This document shows, one piece after another, positions 31,735 to 32,000 of a stretch of DNA of 32,000 nucleotides. Origin of the DNA: Candidatus Saccharimonadota bacterium (lineage in GTDB: Bacteria > Patescibacteriota > Patescibacteriia > 2-12-FULL-60-25); the NCBI GenBank assembly GCA_022843095.1, contig JALHOH010000001.1:150001-182000 (forward strand), read 5' to 3'. Under the pieces are notes generated by a model. The model had not been told where the DNA came from, searched no databases, and saw only the letters and a program-made list of their open reading frames with translations. Each line of letters begins with the position of its first letter. Position 1 is the first letter of the stretch. The position numbers were made by a program, and so were the translations under genes.

Positions 31735-32000
31735 CTAAAATTTCTGTTCTTCCTCTTCCCCTTCAACCAGCTCTTCCTCCCCCTCTTCCTGCTCATCCGC
31801 CTCTTCGTCTTCCTCCTCTTCCTCCGGTGCAACATCAAGAGGTGGAAGTGTCACCACGTTCTTGGGTGTCGGCGCCGCCGGAATCTCCGCTTGTCGAGTA
31901 AATTCCGCCTTCAAGATTTCACGCGGCTTCGCCCCATCTGCCGGCCCAATAAATCCCTGCTGCTCCAACAAATCCAGAAGACGCGCGGCACGGGCGTACC
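31735..32000 (-). CDS. ftsK: DNA translocase FtsK/SpoIIIE, C-terminal end only (gene continues beyond the right edge)
   Basis: The reading frame is open to position 32000. It contains the gamma winged-helix motif ...ARAARLLDLLEQQGFIGPADGAKPREIL, followed by an acidic tail. Confidence 0.8.
   Translation of the reverse strand, partial: YARAARLLDLLEQQGFIGPADGAKPREILKAEFTRQAEIPAAPTPKNVVTLPPLDVAPEEEEEDEEADEQEEGEEELVEGEEEEQKF

Noticed and set aside
1-32000. CRISPR arrays, rRNA genes, IS elements, transposases, integrases, reverse transcriptases and Cas-like genes.
   Set aside because: I found no regularly spaced direct repeats. No ORF carries the DDE, tyrosine or serine recombinase, or RT (YxDD) motifs I could recognise. 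The only RNA gene identified is tRNA-Ala.

Overview
This 32-kb chromosomal window has about 54% G+C in core genes by hand-sampling. The gene content resembles a reduced-genome, uncultivated bacterium (CPR/Patescibacteria-like), but that is inference only.

Housekeeping genes dominate:
- + strand, left part: PfkB sugar kinase, BASS-type transporter, D-2-hydroxyacid dehydrogenase, tRNA-Ala(UGC), pyrF, an orphan histidine kinase and a DoxX protein.
- - strand: a SulP/STAS anion transporter, a FemAB-type peptidoglycan bridge transferase, ruvA, gyrA, an MBL-fold hydrolase, a GalT-like HIT enzyme, ruvC, yebC, rpoC, rpoB, a rodZ-like HTH membrane protein and the 3' end of ftsK.
- Most transcription units end in clear rho-independent hairpins.
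- I see no rRNA, CRISPR array, transposase, integrase or reverse transcriptase.

Two observations stand out.

1. A roughly 3.4-kb + strand block (27511-30884) lies between the rpoB upstream region and the rodZ-like gene.
- It is compositionally foreign: about 70% G+C in a hand-counted sample, and CTC/CTG/GAG codon style against host TTG/GAA.
- It is built from tandem modules. Each has a near-consensus sigma70 promoter sharing the 12-mer CTTGACAAAATC, a long GC-rich structured non-coding leader (about 520 nt and about 200 nt), orphan ORFs with AAGGAG ribosome-binding sites, and a strong terminator.
- A third promoter copy has no cargo.
- None of the encoded proteins, including a 56-aa membrane peptide missing from the ORF track, can be assigned to a known family. 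This is the best candidate for an undescribed system; its function is unknown.

2. Host genes use a very regular leaderless or near-leaderless start architecture: an extended -10 box TGnTAnnnT lies 6-9 nt upstream of the ATG. This corrects several ORF-track starts.

Smaller items:
- a lower-GC orphan gene splits yebC from ruvC
- a terminator-bounded two-gene cassette encodes a nucleoside 2-deoxyribosyltransferase-like protein and a small unknown partner
- two Cys-rich envelope proteins
- a + strand-oriented terminator sits inside the rpoB leader
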